Source: Chloroflexota bacterium (GTDB lineage: Bacteria > Chloroflexota > Anaerolineae > UBA4142). From it: a stretch of 64,000 bases of DNA. How positions within the stretch are numbered: the stretch's first letter is position 1; each line of letters opens with the position of its first letter. Of the stretch, positions 63,357 to 64,000 are shown one piece after another. The stretch lies in NCBI GenBank assembly GCA_037440625.1, contig JBBITT010000005.1, positions 41,492-105,491 of the forward strand. The letters run 5' to 3'. Made by a program: the position numbers and the translations under genes. The notes under the pieces are model-generated. The model was not told where the DNA came from and did not search any database. It saw only the letters and a program-made list of their open reading frames with translations.

Positions 63357-63917
63357 TTATACACGGGTTACATACGATCCATCGCGTGTGTCCACGCGCA
63401 CGGTATCGCCCACATTCACAAAGAACGGCACAGTAATGACAATGCCGGTTTCCAGCGTGGCAGGTTTGCCGCCGCCGCTCGCCGTGTCGCCCTTGTAGCC
63501 CGGTGCGGTTTCCACAACCTTGAGATCAACGGTCGTGGGGAGTTCGACGTCAATCGGTTGTCCATCATAGGTCAACAATTCCACTTGAATGTTTTCTTTC
63601 AGATAGCCCACCGCATCGCCCAACATTTCTTTCGAGAGAATCGGTTGATCGTAGGTTTGCACATCCATAAAGTGATAATTCTCACCGTCGTTGTAAAGAT
63701 ACTGGACGGTGTGATGATCCAGCCGCACGTCCTGCACGCGTCCCCCCGATTGAAAGTTTCGGTCAATAGTGGCACCCGTGCGCAGATTGCGCAGTTTGGT
63801 CTTGATGACGGCATTGCCACGCCCCAACTTGACGTGTTGAAAATCCAATACCTTGTAGAGGTTGCCATCATCGTCCACAAAGGTGGTGCCTTTGCGTAAA
63901 TCTTGAACGCCAATCAT
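63357..63917 (-). CDS. efp: Elongation factor P
   Basis: MIGVQDLRKGTTFVDDDGNLYKVLDFQHVKLGRGNAVIKTKLRNL... 186 aa from the ATG at 63917, with AAGGAG upstream. Confidence 0.93.
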   Translation of the reverse strand: MIGVQDLRKGTTFVDDDGNLYKVLDFQHVKLGRGNAVIKTKLRNLRTGATIDRNFQSGGRVQDVRLDHHTVQYLYNDGENYHFMDVQTYDQPILSKEMLGDAVGYLKENIQVELLTYDGQPIDVELPTTVDLKVVETAPGYKGDTASGGGKPATLETGIVITVPFFVNVGDTVRVDTRDGSYVTRV

Positions 63918-63963
63918 AAAACAATCTCCTTCGTACGAGTTCGGGGCGGGATTATACTCTAAA

Positions 63964-63998
63964 AAGTTCCAAGTTTCAAGTTTCAGGTTCAAAGTTTT
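63964..63998. repeat. Five tandem heptamers (AAGTTTC-like) upstream of efp, truncated by the window edge
   Basis: AAGTTCC AAGTTTC AAGTTTC AGGTTCA AAGTTTT. On the minus strand they supply TTGAAA at the -35 position, 17 nt from TATAAT (63956-63951). Confidence 0.85.
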
Positions 63999-64000
63999 GA

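Noticed and set aside
63144-63899. 251-aa plus-strand ORF
   Set aside because: Antisense to efp and to the toxin-antitoxin-like region. efp is unambiguous.
1-64000. Searched by eye for CRISPR arrays, rRNA, tmRNA/RNase P/SRP RNA, integrases, transposases and defence-system hallmarks
   Set aside because: None recognised. The larger intergenic regions are accounted for by promoters, terminators, the origin and the MITE copies. A covariance-model scan could still reveal small RNAs I cannot see.

Overview
All functional calls come from motifs and family resemblance I recognise by eye. No BLAST, HMM, tRNAscan or folding was run.

This is a gene-dense, high-GC bacterial chromosomal window that is mostly housekeeping. 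It carries about 64 protein genes and one tRNA-Leu(UAA), with no rRNA and no CRISPR array. Thr/Pro-rich linkers, several apparently leaderless genes and the overall gene content suggest a Chloroflexota-like organism, but that is a weak inference.

**Recognisable content**
- Recombination and repair: yebC-ruvC-ruvA, ruvB about 40 kb away, mutY, xseA, and a YraN-like nuclease.
- Replication: dnaN, and dnaA flanked on both sides by DnaA-box clusters, which I read as a likely oriC.
- Translation: rpsF-rpsR, infC-rpmI-rplT, gltX, efp, miaA, and a TrmH-family methyltransferase.
- Envelope and sugar genes: rfbD, GT2, GT4 and GT-C glycosyltransferases, a bifunctional sugar-1-P nucleotidyltransferase/phosphomutase, a polysaccharide deacetylase, lgt, an M23 peptidase, and a LysM protein.
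- Transport: a GldA/F/G-like ABC module plus a DUF4340 protein.
- Metabolism: pfkA, a split NAD synthetase, dihydropyrimidinase, an ALDH, 2-oxoacid:ferredoxin oxidoreductase subunits, degV-plsY, and a PQQ-type sugar dehydrogenase.

**Most interesting observations**
1. A ChlI-like AAA+ ORF ends 7 nt after a dnaX-type A_AAA_AAG heptamer inside an A9 run. The -1 frame is open from there straight into a VWA-domain ORF that has no SD or ATG of its own. One locus could therefore make both a ChlI-like protein and a ChlD-like AAA-linker-VWA protein of about 682 aa.
2. A 104-bp MITE-like element with terminal inverted repeats and perfect 8-bp target-site duplications is present in two inverted copies that match at 103/104 positions. 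One copy sits on the comEA promoter. The other sits 16 bp from a perfect DnaA box in the putative origin.
3. infC appears to start at a non-AUG codon, and there is a terminator/antiterminator-like structure between infC and rpmI.
4. Heptamer or octamer tandem repeats lie in three intergenic regions.
5. At least three genes look leaderless.
6. A promoter plus an intrinsic-terminator mini-unit lies upstream of an MBL-fold hydrolase gene.
7. There is a small toxin-antitoxin-like pair whose toxin looks truncated.
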